Source: Methanobacteriota archaeon
GTDB lineage: Archaea > JAADCQ01 > Methanopyri > Methanopyrales > Methanopyraceae
Direction of reading: 5' to 3'
NCBI GenBank assembly: GCA_027064425.1
Contig: JAMOPO010000052.1
Span: 64,001 to 128,000 of the forward strand
Length of the DNA stretch: 64,000 nt
Positions within the stretch are counted from its first letter, which is position 1, and each line of letters opens with the position of its first letter. Shown piece by piece: positions 45,561 through 54,976 of this stretch. The notes under the pieces are model-generated. The model saw nothing but the letters and a program-made list of their open reading frames with translations, was not told where the DNA came from and did no database searches. The translations under genes were made by a program, and so were the position numbers.

Positions 45561-47087
45561 TTGCGCGTGTACGTGGACGGTGAGCCGGTCGAGGTGCCGG
45601 ACGGGGCCACCGTGCGGGACGCCCTCGAGGCGGCCGGCGTGGAGGCCCCCGACGACGTCATCATCGCCCTGTTCAAGGGCGAGGAGGAGACCGAGCGCGA
45701 GACGGATCGCGTCCGCGTCAAGCTCCGGGACGTCGGTACCGTCACGCTCTCCGTGGAGGACGATCGGTTCCGCAGCGTGTGCGACCAGCTGCCCGAGGCC
45801 CGGGTGACGTGGACGACCCGGGACGAGGTCGCCCTGGGCCCCATCGACGTGTCCGACCTGGAGTACCGGACCAGGCGCGGCCCCGAGCTGCCGCCCCACA
45901 CGGCCGTCGTCGTGATGCCCACGAACGACCCCGCCGAGGCCTACCTGCTTATCACCAAGCGCCGGATGGCCGTGGAGTACGTGTGCACCGACATCCGCGG
46001 CCGGGTGACCGCCGGCCGGGAGCTGATCAACCGGCTCGAGGGCGGCGAGGAGGTTGAAGAAGTCGAGCCGGTCGTTGAGCGCGTGACCCGCCGGGTTCTC
46101 TCCAAGGCCACCCCCGACACGGAGCTGGGGGAGGGCGACCACCTGTTCACCCGGGTGGTCGTCGAGCTCTCCAAGGACTCACCGCGCAGCGCCGAGCTGC
46201 TTCTGGCGACGCTGGAGGCCAACGACGGGCGGCTCAAGATCAAGCTCAAGACGGACACGTTCGCGGCCGCGGAGACCCGGCCGTTCTACGAGCTCTCGCG
46301 TGAGGAGGTTGGGTCCCGGGACCGGGGCGTGGTCACCGTCCGTAACGAGGGGAAGGAGGAGGGGACCGTCTACTTCTACCGCCGCGATCGGGTGCCCGTG
46401 GAGAGCCACAACGTCGTGGGCAAGGTCAAGCGCGGCCTCGAGCTGATCGACGTCGCCTCGGAGGGAGACAAGATCCTGGTCGAGACCATCCCGAGGCGCG
46501 TGAACCTGGTCGGACTGACCCTCGACGAGGCGCGAGAGCTGGCGGAGGAGTACGGGTTCGAGCTCGAGGTGGAGGGTGAGGGGGAGATCGTGGTCGAGCA
46601 GGAGCCTCAGGAGACCCTGCGCGTGCTGGACGAGGGCCGAGCCCGGGTCAAGGTCGTCCCGCGCGAGCGGGTCATCGATGTCGAGCTTTACGAGGACGAG
46701 GCGCCGAAGTCCGTCGAGTACTTCCGGCGCATCACCGGCATGCTGGACCGCCCGGTAGGCAAGCTCAAGGTCCACTTCGCCTACGCCGACCTGGGGATGG
46801 TCGTCTTCGAGGGCGACGAGAAGGAGGGGAAGGGGCTCCCGCCCGAGAACACTCCGGACGAGGTCGTGCGGCCCGGAGACCTGGGCGTGACCAACCAGGT
46901 GAAGCCGCACGCCGGCCTCATCGGCGTCCGGCTGGAGGAGAGCCGCGAGTACGGACCCACGGGTGAGACCTTCGAGGGCACCAACATCATCGGTCGGGTT
47001 GTGGAGGGCCTCGAGCGGCTGGCGGACCTGGACCAGTCGGACATGGGCAAGGTCGTGTACGTCCGGGAGGTGGAGGCCGATCAATGA
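45561..47087 (+). CDS. Methanogenesis marker protein 3 (cyclophilin-like, MCR-associated)
   Basis: VTVRNEG..G.VYFY, SHNVVG, APKSVEYFR, PEN.P, GVTNQ, YGPTGE.FEGTNI. Confidence 0.9.
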   Translation: MRVYVDGEPVEVPDGATVRDALEAAGVEAPDDVIIALFKGEEETERETDRVRVKLRDVGTVTLSVEDDRFRSVCDQLPEARVTWTTRDEVALGPIDVSDLEYRTRRGPELPPHTAVVVMPTNDPAEAYLLITKRRMAVEYVCTDIRGRVTAGRELINRLEGGEEVEEVEPVVERVTRRVLSKATPDTELGEGDHLFTRVVVELSKDSPRSAELLLATLEANDGRLKIKLKTDTFAAAETRPFYELSREEVGSRDRGVVTVRNEGKEEGTVYFYRRDRVPVESHNVVGKVKRGLELIDVASEGDKILVETIPRRVNLVGLTLDEARELAEEYGFELEVEGEGEIVVEQEPQETLRVLDEGRARVKVVPRERVIDVELYEDEAPKSVEYFRRITGMLDRPVGKLKVHFAYADLGMVVFEGDEKEGKGLPPENTPDEVVRPGDLGVTNQVKPHAGLIGVRLEESREYGPTGETFEGTNIIGRVVEGLERLADLDQSDMGKVVYVREVEADQ

Positions 47088-48409
47088 CCCTCCGGATCCT
47101 CGTGGTCTCCCCCGATTACTACACGTACGGGGCGATGGTCGTCGGCGGAGTCTGCGAGCGGTGGGGTGCCCGGGTCCGGCTCCGCCGCGAGCCCGATCCC
47201 GAATCCCTCCGGTCCGCGGACGTCGCCATCTTCTCCCTGCATTCCACGCAGCACCTGCTCCGGAAGGACGTGATCCGGGCGGTACGGAGGGCCGTTGAGG
47301 CGTGCCGATGGGTGATCGTCGGCGGCCCCGTCAGCCAGGTTCCCGAGCTCGTCCTGGAGCGCTTCCCCGAGGTGATCGTGGCCAAGGGCGAGGCGGAGAC
47401 CGTGCTCCCGCCCCTGTTGGACGCGCTCGCGGAGGGTGAGGACCTGGAGGAGGTCGAGGGAGTCTGCCTGCGGTCCGACGGGGACGTCGTTGACACCGGC
47501 TGGCCGCCGCCCGCCGACCTTGAGAGCCCGCGCCCGCTCAAGGTCCCTCGCGGACTGGGTGAGCAGGACATTCGAGGCGCGAACGTGTACATCGAGACGC
47601 ACCGGGGGTGCGCCGGCACCTGCACGTTCTGCCAGGTCCCGTGCTTCTTCGGCCGGGAGATCCGGTGGAAGCCCGTCGACGCGATCCTGGAGGAGGTCCG
47701 CGAGCTGATGCGCGCGGGCGCCCGCCGGTTCGCGATCTCCGGCGGCACGGTCACCATGTACGGTGACGACGAGGAGGACTTCGTCCGGCTGCTCGCCGAG
47801 CTGAGCGATCTCGTGGGCCGCGAGAACCTCTCGGCTCCCGACGTCCGAGCGGACGTGCTGAACGAGCGCGTGCTGGAGGCGATCCGCGACCACACGATCG
47901 GCTGGATCTTCCTCGGGGTGGAGAGCGGCAGCGACCGCATCCTCAAGCGGATGAAGAAGGGTATCACGGTGGACGACGTGCGAGAGGCGGTGGAGCTGGC
48001 CCGAAGCGTGGGCGTGAGGGTCGCCGCCTCGCTCATCGTCGGGTACCCGGGCGAGCGGGACGAGGACGTGGAGGCCACGGAGGAGCTGCTCTCCGAGCTC
48101 ATGTTCGATGACGTGTTCATCAACGTGGCCGAGCCCATCCCCGGAACGGAGCTCGGCAGGCTCGTGGTCGAGCTCCCGGAGGACGAGATCCCGATCCTGC
48201 AGCCGGGAGAGAGGATGGAGACGCTGGCCGGCGATCGGGCGCTGCAGCTCCAGCTAACGGCGTTCACGACGCTCAGCCGACCCGTCCCGCTATCGGACGA
48301 CGTGTACGAGGAGGCCGTTAAGGGCGTGCGCGAGGAGGAGCGCAAGGTCGCCCGAGTGACCCGATTCCTTCGCGAGCACGCGGCCGTGCTGCGGGGCTCC
48401 GCCCGTTGA
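47084..48409 (+). CDS. mgmA: B12-dependent radical SAM methylase, probable MCR glutamine C-methyltransferase
   Basis: SPDYYTYGAMVVGG N-terminus, IRGANVYIETHRGCAGTCTFCQVP, AISGGT; adjacent to markers 2 and 3. Confidence 0.78.
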   Translation: MTLRILVVSPDYYTYGAMVVGGVCERWGARVRLRREPDPESLRSADVAIFSLHSTQHLLRKDVIRAVRRAVEACRWVIVGGPVSQVPELVLERFPEVIVAKGEAETVLPPLLDALAEGEDLEEVEGVCLRSDGDVVDTGWPPPADLESPRPLKVPRGLGEQDIRGANVYIETHRGCAGTCTFCQVPCFFGREIRWKPVDAILEEVRELMRAGARRFAISGGTVTMYGDDEEDFVRLLAELSDLVGRENLSAPDVRADVLNERVLEAIRDHTIGWIFLGVESGSDRILKRMKKGITVDDVREAVELARSVGVRVAASLIVGYPGERDEDVEATEELLSELMFDDVFINVAEPIPGTELGRLVVELPEDEIPILQPGERMETLAGDRALQLQLTAFTTLSRPVPLSDDVYEEAVKGVREEERKVARVTRFLREHAAVLRGSAR

Positions 48410-49665
48410 GGGTGGCCATCCTCGGCGGCACGGGAGCCATGGGGCGCTTCCTGGCCCGGGAGCTGTCCGAGGATGGCCACGAGATTACGATCACCGGCTC
48501 CTCCTACGAGCGAGCCCGGAGGGTGGCTCGCGAGCTGGGCGTGGAGGCCGCACCCGACAACGTGGCCGCGGTTCGCGACGCGGACGTCGTGATCGTCTCA
48601 GTCCCCATCTCCGTGACGGAGCGCGTCATCGAGGAGGTGGGGCCGCACGTCCCGGACGGCGCCCTCCTCACCGACGTAACCTCCGTCAAGGTCCGACCCG
48701 TGCGCGCCATGCTGGAGCACACGTCCGAGGGAGTGTACGTCCTCGGTACTCACCCGCTGTTCGGCCCCACCGTACCCAGCCTGAAGAGCCAGACGGTCAT
48801 CCTGACGCCCACCGAGCGCAGCGGCCCCTGGACGCGTCGCGTGCGCCGCTACCTCGAGCGTAAGGGAGCGAACGTCATCGTCTGCACCCCGGAGGAGCAC
48901 GACCGGGCGATGGCCCTCGTTCAGTGCCTCACCCACTTCGTCCTGCTAGGCGCCGGGATCGCCATCGGGGACCTGCTACCCGAGCTGGAGCTGGACCCCA
49001 CCGAGCTCGCCAGCCCGGTGTACCGGCTGTTCATCGACGTCATCGGCCGCGTGCTGGGCCAGAACCCGCGGCTTTACGCCGAGATACAGGCCTTCAACCC
49101 GTACGCCGAGTGGGCCCGCGAGCGGGTCCTCCGAGCGCTCGAGCGGATCCACGAGCTGGCGGACGACCACGCCCAGCTGACCGAGTTTCTCCGAGAGGGG
49201 CGGGAGCGCCTCTCGCGGCACCTCGACCTCGAGGGCTGCCAGAGCAGGACCGACAAGCTGCTCTCCTACCTGCTGGACGAGCTCGAGGTCGCGGAGAAGT
49301 GCGGCGAGGCCATCGTGATCGACGTTAGGTCCCGCAGGGCCCGGGAAGGGCGGATTCGCGTCACCCGCGGCACGGTGAGCGTGGACGGGGAGGAGCTCCC
49401 CCGAGACCGCGTCAAGATCTTACCCAGGCGCCCCAAGCGGCTGGCGAGGTTCGAGGGCACCGAGCTGGAGCTGCGGGTGAAGACCGAGCTGGATCCGGAG
49501 GAGGTGGCGTGCGTCGTGGAAAGTCTGGGCAGGAACCTCCGGGTCCTGCGGGCCGACGACGCCGGCGATGAGGTCCGGCTCAAGCTGGAGGGGAGCGAGG
49601 AGGCGGCGGATGAGCTGGTCAAGAAGCTGCGCTCCCTGGGCGTCCGAGCCGAGCTTCACCGCTGA
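48406..49665 (+). CDS. tyrA: Prephenate dehydrogenase with C-terminal extension
   Basis: GGTGAMG, DVTSVK, HPLFGP, EEHDRAMA.VQ.LTH. Confidence 0.9.
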   Translation: MRVAILGGTGAMGRFLARELSEDGHEITITGSSYERARRVARELGVEAAPDNVAAVRDADVVIVSVPISVTERVIEEVGPHVPDGALLTDVTSVKVRPVRAMLEHTSEGVYVLGTHPLFGPTVPSLKSQTVILTPTERSGPWTRRVRRYLERKGANVIVCTPEEHDRAMALVQCLTHFVLLGAGIAIGDLLPELELDPTELASPVYRLFIDVIGRVLGQNPRLYAEIQAFNPYAEWARERVLRALERIHELADDHAQLTEFLREGRERLSRHLDLEGCQSRTDKLLSYLLDELEVAEKCGEAIVIDVRSRRAREGRIRVTRGTVSVDGEELPRDRVKILPRRPKRLARFEGTELELRVKTELDPEEVACVVESLGRNLRVLRADDAGDEVRLKLEGSEEAADELVKKLRSLGVRAELHR

Positions 49666-51626
49666 TCCTTCCGAACCTCCCGGATGACCTCCAGGAACGG
49701 CTCGACGCCGCGCCGCCTGATCGTGTCCGCCAGCCGCTCCTTCTGCGGCTCCTCCGCGAGCTCCCGGTACCGGCGCACGATCTCCCTCGCCACCTTAGGG
49801 ACGTCCTCCGGGTCCAGGAACGCCCTCACCCTGACCCCCTCGACCGGCTCCCGGCCACCCTTCCCGCCGATCCACACGATCACACCCTCCTCCTCGGCGT
49901 ACCGAGCCTCCTCCGGGCACGCGTCGATGCACCTGCCGCAGTACACGCACCGCTTGTAATCGGTCTCCGAGGCCCCCACCTCGCTGCCGTCCACGGTCAC
50001 TATGCGGATGGCGTCCACCTTGCACACGTCCGCGCACTGCCCGCAGCCCGTGCACTTCTCCGGGTCCACCGCGGGCTTCACCGCCCCCGCGAAGCCCAGA
50101 TCGTTGTGCTGAGGCCGCACGCAGCCATTGGTGCAGCCCGAGAGCGCGATCTTGAACTTGTACGGGGTCGGCTCCTCCGCCAGCTCCTCCTCCAACTTCC
50201 CGGCCAGCTCCTCCGTGTTCAGCCTCCCGGACGGGCAGTTCCCCTCGCCCAGACAGGCGAGGATCGTGCGCACCAGCGGGCCCTCGGAACCCGTCGAGAG
50301 CCCCGCCTCCCGCAGCCGCTCCACCACCCGCGGTACCTCCACCGCCGGGATCCCGTGAACCTCCAGCTGCTGTCGGTCGGTGAACTTGACCCGATACCCC
50401 TCCTCGATCAGCCCCGCAATGACCCGGAACACCTCGGCATCGTCCACCCAGCCCCCCGGCCCAACCTTCACCCGCAGCGCGAACGTCCCGTCCGCCCGGG
50501 CCACGACGCCGCCGTAGTCACCGACCCAGAAGGCCGGGACCCTCTCACCCTCCTCCAGCCGCTCCCGAGCCTCCCGCAGCGCCCGGTCGCGCTTCAGCCT
50601 CGCCAACCGGCGCACCTCATCCTCGTCCACCGAGCCCCGGAGCCGCAGATAGCCCGCCTCCACGGCCCCCTCCACCAGCTCCTCGCCGCGCTCGCTCCTG
50701 ATCAGCAGCGTCGTGACGCCGTCCGGCGTACCGACGGAGCCGGCCGACACGTCCGCCAGGCGCGCCACGAAGTCGTGGCACACCCGGCACCCAGCCGGCA
50801 CGGCGTCTCGAAGCTCCTTCACGTCGAACCGCCGCTCCCCGTCGGGCAGCTTAACGACCAGCTCACCCGCCTCCACGTCGAACCGCTCCACCTCCTCGAT
50901 GTCGATGTCTCGCTCCCGCAGGAACGAGCGCAGCGCCTCGTACTCGAAGTTCTCCGTGCAGAACAGGCCTACGACGGCCGCGATCTCCGGCAGCTCCTCC
51001 GCCGGCGCCTCCTCCATCTCCCGCAGCGCGCGGGCGCCCTTGCTCACGATCTCGAAGTGGCGCAGCTTGGCCAGCCCGTTCACCTGGCACGGCAGCCCGA
51101 CGACCAGCGCCCGCTCCAAGCCCCGCTCGGCGGCCTCCGCCAGCGCCTCGACCAGGCTGACCCGTGAGAACTTGGAGCCGGCGAGCTCGCGGACGCGGCC
51201 CGGCTCCTCCACGATCGTCACCGAGGGCTTCCACGCCGAGCCCGCCGTGACCCCGACCACGGCGTCGACCACGCCCTCCTCCAGCGCGTAGCGGGCCAGG
51301 GCCACCACGGCCCCACCGTCCTGGCCCAGCTCGCGCAGCTCCTCGTCGGCCGCCACCGCCCCCACGGCCCGCCGGTAGCCGCCCAGCAGCGGCTCGTACC
51401 TCGACCCAGCCGTCCGCAGGCCCAGGTGGTAGGCCCCGGTGCTCGTCCTGGGGCAGGCGGCGAAGCAGTTGCCCTCGCCCTTCCGAGCGCACTCCTCCCG
51501 GAGCTTGGGGCCGTCCTCGGTCACCTCGATCTTGCCCTGTGGGCACGCGGCGGCGCAGGTCCCGCACTGAGCGCAGGCGCCGGGGTCCACGACCTCCTTC
51601 TGGAGCCTCCACTCGTACTCGGGCAA
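49656..51626 (-). CDS. fsr: Coenzyme F420-dependent sulfite reductase (FrhB-like N-half, sirohaem C-half)
   Basis: YEW.L..VVD.G.CAQCGTC, GQDGG, GLPCQ, GLFCTENF; ACLGEGNC and SGCTNGCVRP sirohaem ligands; ferredoxin insert; TTG at 51626. Confidence 0.92.
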   Translation of the reverse strand: MPEYEWRLQKEVVDPGACAQCGTCAAACPQGKIEVTEDGPKLREECARKGEGNCFAACPRTSTGAYHLGLRTAGSRYEPLLGGYRRAVGAVAADEELRELGQDGGAVVALARYALEEGVVDAVVGVTAGSAWKPSVTIVEEPGRVRELAGSKFSRVSLVEALAEAAERGLERALVVGLPCQVNGLAKLRHFEIVSKGARALREMEEAPAEELPEIAAVVGLFCTENFEYEALRSFLRERDIDIEEVERFDVEAGELVVKLPDGERRFDVKELRDAVPAGCRVCHDFVARLADVSAGSVGTPDGVTTLLIRSERGEELVEGAVEAGYLRLRGSVDEDEVRRLARLKRDRALREARERLEEGERVPAFWVGDYGGVVARADGTFALRVKVGPGGWVDDAEVFRVIAGLIEEGYRVKFTDRQQLEVHGIPAVEVPRVVERLREAGLSTGSEGPLVRTILACLGEGNCPSGRLNTEELAGKLEEELAEEPTPYKFKIALSGCTNGCVRPQHNDLGFAGAVKPAVDPEKCTGCGQCADVCKVDAIRIVTVDGSEVGASETDYKRCVYCGRCIDACPEEARYAEEEGVIVWIGGKGGREPVEGVRVRAFLDPEDVPKVAREIVRRYRELAEEPQKERLADTIRRRGVEPFLEVIREVRKDQR

Positions 51627-51692
51627 CGCAGTTCCCCCGGAAGGCCAGGCGTGCCCTCGTGTGCCGATCGTCGTCACACCGGAGGGAGCACT

Positions 51693-51702
51693 CCATATAA
51701 TG
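51693..51702. promoter_or_regulatory. Probable TATA box between fsr and the divergent regulator
   Basis: CCATATAATG is the only AT-rich patch in the spacer and reads TATA-like on both strands. Confidence 0.55.
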
Positions 51703-51731
51703 CCGTTGCGGCTTCGGGTGGGGGGTCGGGG

Positions 51732-52112
51732 TTGCTGGACACCCCTTTCGTCACGGTTCGGCGGTTCAACGTGACCGTCAGGGACGTGCTGAAGTGCGTC
51801 CTCGGCCTCAGGGACGCTGAGGTGGACGTGTACTTTCGGCTCCTGGAGCTGGGCGAGGCTACCGTGTACGACCTGGCCGAGGACCTGAACCGGGACAGGA
51901 CCACGATCCAGAAGGCGCTCAAGAGCCTCGTGCACGCGGGGCTTGTTAACAGGCGGAAGGAGACGAGGCCGCGTGGCGGATACGTCTACGTTTACGAGCC
52001 AATCCCGTTCGAGGAGGCGAAGGAGATCATCCTCAGGGCGTTGGACGAATGGTACGAGGCCGTGAAGGCTGCGCTGGAGGAGGTGGATGTGGAGAACATA
52101 GGAAAGGAGTGA
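51732..52112 (+). CDS. TrmB-like winged HTH transcription regulator
   Basis: VLKCVLGL..EVDVY, LAEDLNRDRTTIQKALKSL, GGYVYVY. Confidence 0.85.
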   Translation: MLDTPFVTVRRFNVTVRDVLKCVLGLRDAEVDVYFRLLELGEATVYDLAEDLNRDRTTIQKALKSLVHAGLVNRRKETRPRGGYVYVYEPIPFEEAKEIILRALDEWYEAVKAALEEVDVENIGKE

Positions 52113-52723
52113 TGCGCGCGCCGGACGGCACCTACGTCGTCCGGCTCACCCTGCCGCCCGGGTTCGTCCCGGCGGAAGCGCTGCGGGTCGTGGCGGATCT
52201 GGCGGAGAAGTACGGGGACGGCCGAGTTCACCTGACCGTGCGGCAAACGATCGAGATCCCGGGCGTTCATCCCGACCGGCTGGAGGACCTGCTCGAGGAG
52301 CTGCGGGAGCGGGGGCTGGAGCCCGGGTCGACCGGTCCCAGGGTCCGGCAGGTGACCTGCTGCCCCGGCGCCGACACCTGCCCCAACGCGCTCGCGAGGA
52401 CCGTGCCGCTGGCGCGTCGCCTGCACGAGGAGTTCGTGGACGTGTGGGTGCCGGCTAAGGTCAAGATCGCGGTCTCCGGATGTCCGCGCGGCTGCACGAG
52501 GCCCGAGGACAACGACGTAGGCGTGATCGGGCTGGGCGAGGGCCGCTGGAGGGTGCTCGCGGGCGGGGTTGACCTGGGGGATTACGAGGGAGAGGACGAG
52601 GTGGTCGAGGTCATCGAGGACGTGCTGGCCTGGTACTCAAGCAACGCGCCCCTGGGAACGCGACTCAAGCGCTTCGCCGCCGAGAGGGCCGAGAGGCTGC
52701 AGGAGGCGGTCGGGGTCGACTAG
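52112..52723 (+). CDS. Small sulfite/nitrite-reductase-like sirohaem protein (Dsr-LP type, no ferredoxin insert)
   Basis: [33 protein letters not shown]. Confidence 0.85.
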   Translation: MRAPDGTYVVRLTLPPGFVPAEALRVVADLAEKYGDGRVHLTVRQTIEIPGVHPDRLEDLLEELRERGLEPGSTGPRVRQVTCCPGADTCPNALARTVPLARRLHEEFVDVWVPAKVKIAVSGCPRGCTRPEDNDVGVIGLGEGRWRVLAGGVDLGDYEGEDEVVEVIEDVLAWYSSNAPLGTRLKRFAAERAERLQEAVGVD

Positions 52724-52725
52724 CG

Positions 52726-53262
52726 GTGAGCCTGCGACCCCGGGTGGTCGTGCTCCGGCTGGGTCACCGGCGGGGTCGGGATCTCCGGGTGACGACCCAT
52801 GTGTGCCTGACCGCGCGCGCCTTCGGAGCGGAGGGTGTCCTCATCCACGGGGACCGGGAGGACTCGGTCCTGGAGTCCGTGGAGGACGTGGTGGACCGGT
52901 GGGGCGGGCCCTTCTGGGTGCGGTGGGTGGAGAGCTGGAGGAAGGCGGTGAGGGAGTGGAAGGAGGGTGGCGGGGCGGTCGTGCACCTCACCATGTACGG
53001 GCTCCACGTGGACGACGTCATCGAGGACATCCGTGAGGAGGATGAGCTGCTCGTCATCGTCGGGGCGGGCAAGGTTCCGGCCGACGCGTTCGAGCTCGCG
53101 GACTACAACGTGGCGATCGGTCACCAGCCGCACTCCGAGGTCGCGGCCCTGGCCGTGTTCCTGGACCGCCTGTACGAGGGCGAGGAGCTGCACCGCGAGT
53201 TTAAGGACGCGAAGCTCCGGGTGATCCCGCAGGAGAGAGGGAAGAAGGTGGAGAGACTATGA
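52726..53262 (+). CDS. trm56: tRNA (cytidine56-2'-O)-methyltransferase aTrm56
   Basis: [51 protein letters not shown]. Confidence 0.95.
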   Translation: MSLRPRVVVLRLGHRRGRDLRVTTHVCLTARAFGAEGVLIHGDREDSVLESVEDVVDRWGGPFWVRWVESWRKAVREWKEGGGAVVHLTMYGLHVDDVIEDIREEDELLVIVGAGKVPADAFELADYNVAIGHQPHSEVAALAVFLDRLYEGEELHREFKDAKLRVIPQERGKKVERL

Positions 53263-53957
53263 CCGTGGAGATCGCGGTCATCTCGGACGTGCACTCGAAC
53301 CTGGAGGCCCTGAAGCGCGTCCTCCGCGAGATCAAGTCCGCCGACATGGTCCTGTGCTGCGGCGACGTCGTGGGTTACGGTCCCTGGCCCGAGGAGTGCC
53401 TGGAGCGGATCCGCGAGCTGTGCGACCGGTGCGTGAAGGGGAACCACGACTACGGTGTGGTGACCGGAAACGTCGAGCGGTTCAACCTGGCGGCGCGGAT
53501 CGCCGTGGAGTGGACGCGCCGCCGGCTGAGCGATGAGTGGAAGGAGTTCCTCGAGGAGCTGCCCAAAGTGGAGCGGTTCGAGGTGGAGGACGTAAGGATC
53601 TGCCTCGTACACGGCAGCCCGCGGGACCCGATCTGGGAGTACGTGTTCCCCGACACCCCGAGGCAGGTCCTGCGGGAGCTGGCCAAGCTCGCGGACGCCG
53701 ACGTGCTCCTGATGGGACACACCCACGTTCCCATGCACGAGGAGGTGGACGGCGTCCACGTGGCCAACCCGGGCAGCGTGGGCCAGCCGCGCGACGGCGA
53801 CCCCCGGGCGGCCTACGGCATCCTCGAGGTGTCCAACGGGCGGGTGGTGTCATGGGAGGTGAACCGGGTCGCTTACAACGTTGATAGGACCGCGAGGGAG
53901 ATCGTCAGCAAGGGGCTGCCGGAGGAGCTGGGAGCGCGACTCTACCGCGGCATCTAG
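53259..53957 (+). CDS. Metallophosphoesterase
   Basis: [37 protein letters not shown]. Confidence 0.92.
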   Translation: MTVEIAVISDVHSNLEALKRVLREIKSADMVLCCGDVVGYGPWPEECLERIRELCDRCVKGNHDYGVVTGNVERFNLAARIAVEWTRRRLSDEWKEFLEELPKVERFEVEDVRICLVHGSPRDPIWEYVFPDTPRQVLRELAKLADADVLLMGHTHVPMHEEVDGVHVANPGSVGQPRDGDPRAAYGILEVSNGRVVSWEVNRVAYNVDRTAREIVSKGLPEELGARLYRGI

Positions 53958-54745
53958 ACGTCCTCCAGCAGCTCCAGCCCGTACTCGATGGCCTTCAGGT
54001 TGTCCTCCGCCACGGACCGTCGCGGCCAGCTCTCCGGTCGCTCGCACCACGAGCGCTGCGTCCTGTACACCCACTCGACGGCGTCCGGGGACGCCAGCCC
54101 CCGCCGGCACAGGGTGTAGAGCACCTCCACGGCCGACTCGGTGAAGACGATCCCGTACCCCCGCGAGGTGAGCTCGACCAGCACGCGCTCCACCTGGTCC
54201 GGCGGGACCTCCAGGTACGGTCGGCAGGTCTTCTCGCCGTCGTCCAGGTACTCAGGCTCCCGATCGACCAGCTCCCCCACGATGTGGGACCCCAGCCCGC
54301 GCGTGACCAGGGTGGGGACCTCGCCCCTACCCAACCCCATCACCGGGCCGAAGAATCGGACGCTCAGCCACTCCGAGCCGAGCACCCGGTGCAGCTCCGG
54401 GTGCACCTTCCGGTACACGACGTCGTCCACTGCCGGCTTGTCCACCTCGATGTTGCACAGGTTCTCCAGCGGTTTGAGGTTCGAGTCAGCCAACACGTCG
54501 TACCCGGCGCGCTCGTACTTCACAGCCAGCGCCGTCTCGATCACGTCCACGCTCTCGTCCCGGAACGCGACCATCTCCACGATCACTCCGTCCTCGCGGC
54601 GGGCAGCGAAGGCCGTTACGACCGGGTACCTCAGGTAGGGGCCGACGGAGTCCACCACCAGCTTACCCTCAGGTTCCGCCAGCCTGGCCCCGTGAGCTCC
54701 CCCCTCCTTGAGCGCGCGCCTCAGGGCCTCGTGCGGATCGTCCAA
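53954..54745 (-). CDS. Hypothetical protein
   Basis: 263-aa ORF with typical codon usage and a GGGGAG SD; no family recognised. Confidence 0.65.
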   Translation of the reverse strand: MDDPHEALRRALKEGGAHGARLAEPEGKLVVDSVGPYLRYPVVTAFAARREDGVIVEMVAFRDESVDVIETALAVKYERAGYDVLADSNLKPLENLCNIEVDKPAVDDVVYRKVHPELHRVLGSEWLSVRFFGPVMGLGRGEVPTLVTRGLGSHIVGELVDREPEYLDDGEKTCRPYLEVPPDQVERVLVELTSRGYGIVFTESAVEVLYTLCRRGLASPDAVEWVYRTQRSWCERPESWPRRSVAEDNLKAIEYGLELLEDV

Positions 54746-54756
54746 GGTCGAGCTCC

Positions 54757-54815
54757 CCGGTCGGACCGTGGCCCTCTCCTCACCGATCAGTGCCGTGGTA
54801 GCTCCTCATCCCGGT
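54757..54815 (-). ncRNA. Box C/D guide sRNA with its own TATA box
   Basis: C GGGATGA, D' CTGA, C' GTGAGGA, D CCGA; TTTTTATTT at 54829-54838 on the minus strand. Confidence 0.8.
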
Positions 54816-54847
54816 CCGACGTGTTCCGAAATAAAAAGGTAGGGAGC

Positions 54848-54976
54848 TGTGCCCGGCCCGTCGGACGGGCCGCACATCCACGGCGATACCGCCGGTTCAC
54901 GGCCGCCGGGCGACCCTGTGCCGGGCCGCAGCACGCCCGCCCTCATCGAGGTCAGGCGGGCCCGCGCCGCAGGGTC
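54848..54976 (-). ncRNA. Candidate structured RNA with a K-loop hairpin and two ACA motifs
   Basis: GCCCGCC-UGA-CCUC-GAU-GAG-GGCGGGC K-loop; further GC stems; GGC-ACA at 54917-54919 and 54848-54850. Confidence 0.45.

Noticed and set aside
51627-51935. Apparent N-terminal extension of Fsr; similar over-long ORF calls at 3762, 29270, 36240, 37793 and 61748
   Set aside because: The extensions overlap other genes; family homology and SD position give shorter starts
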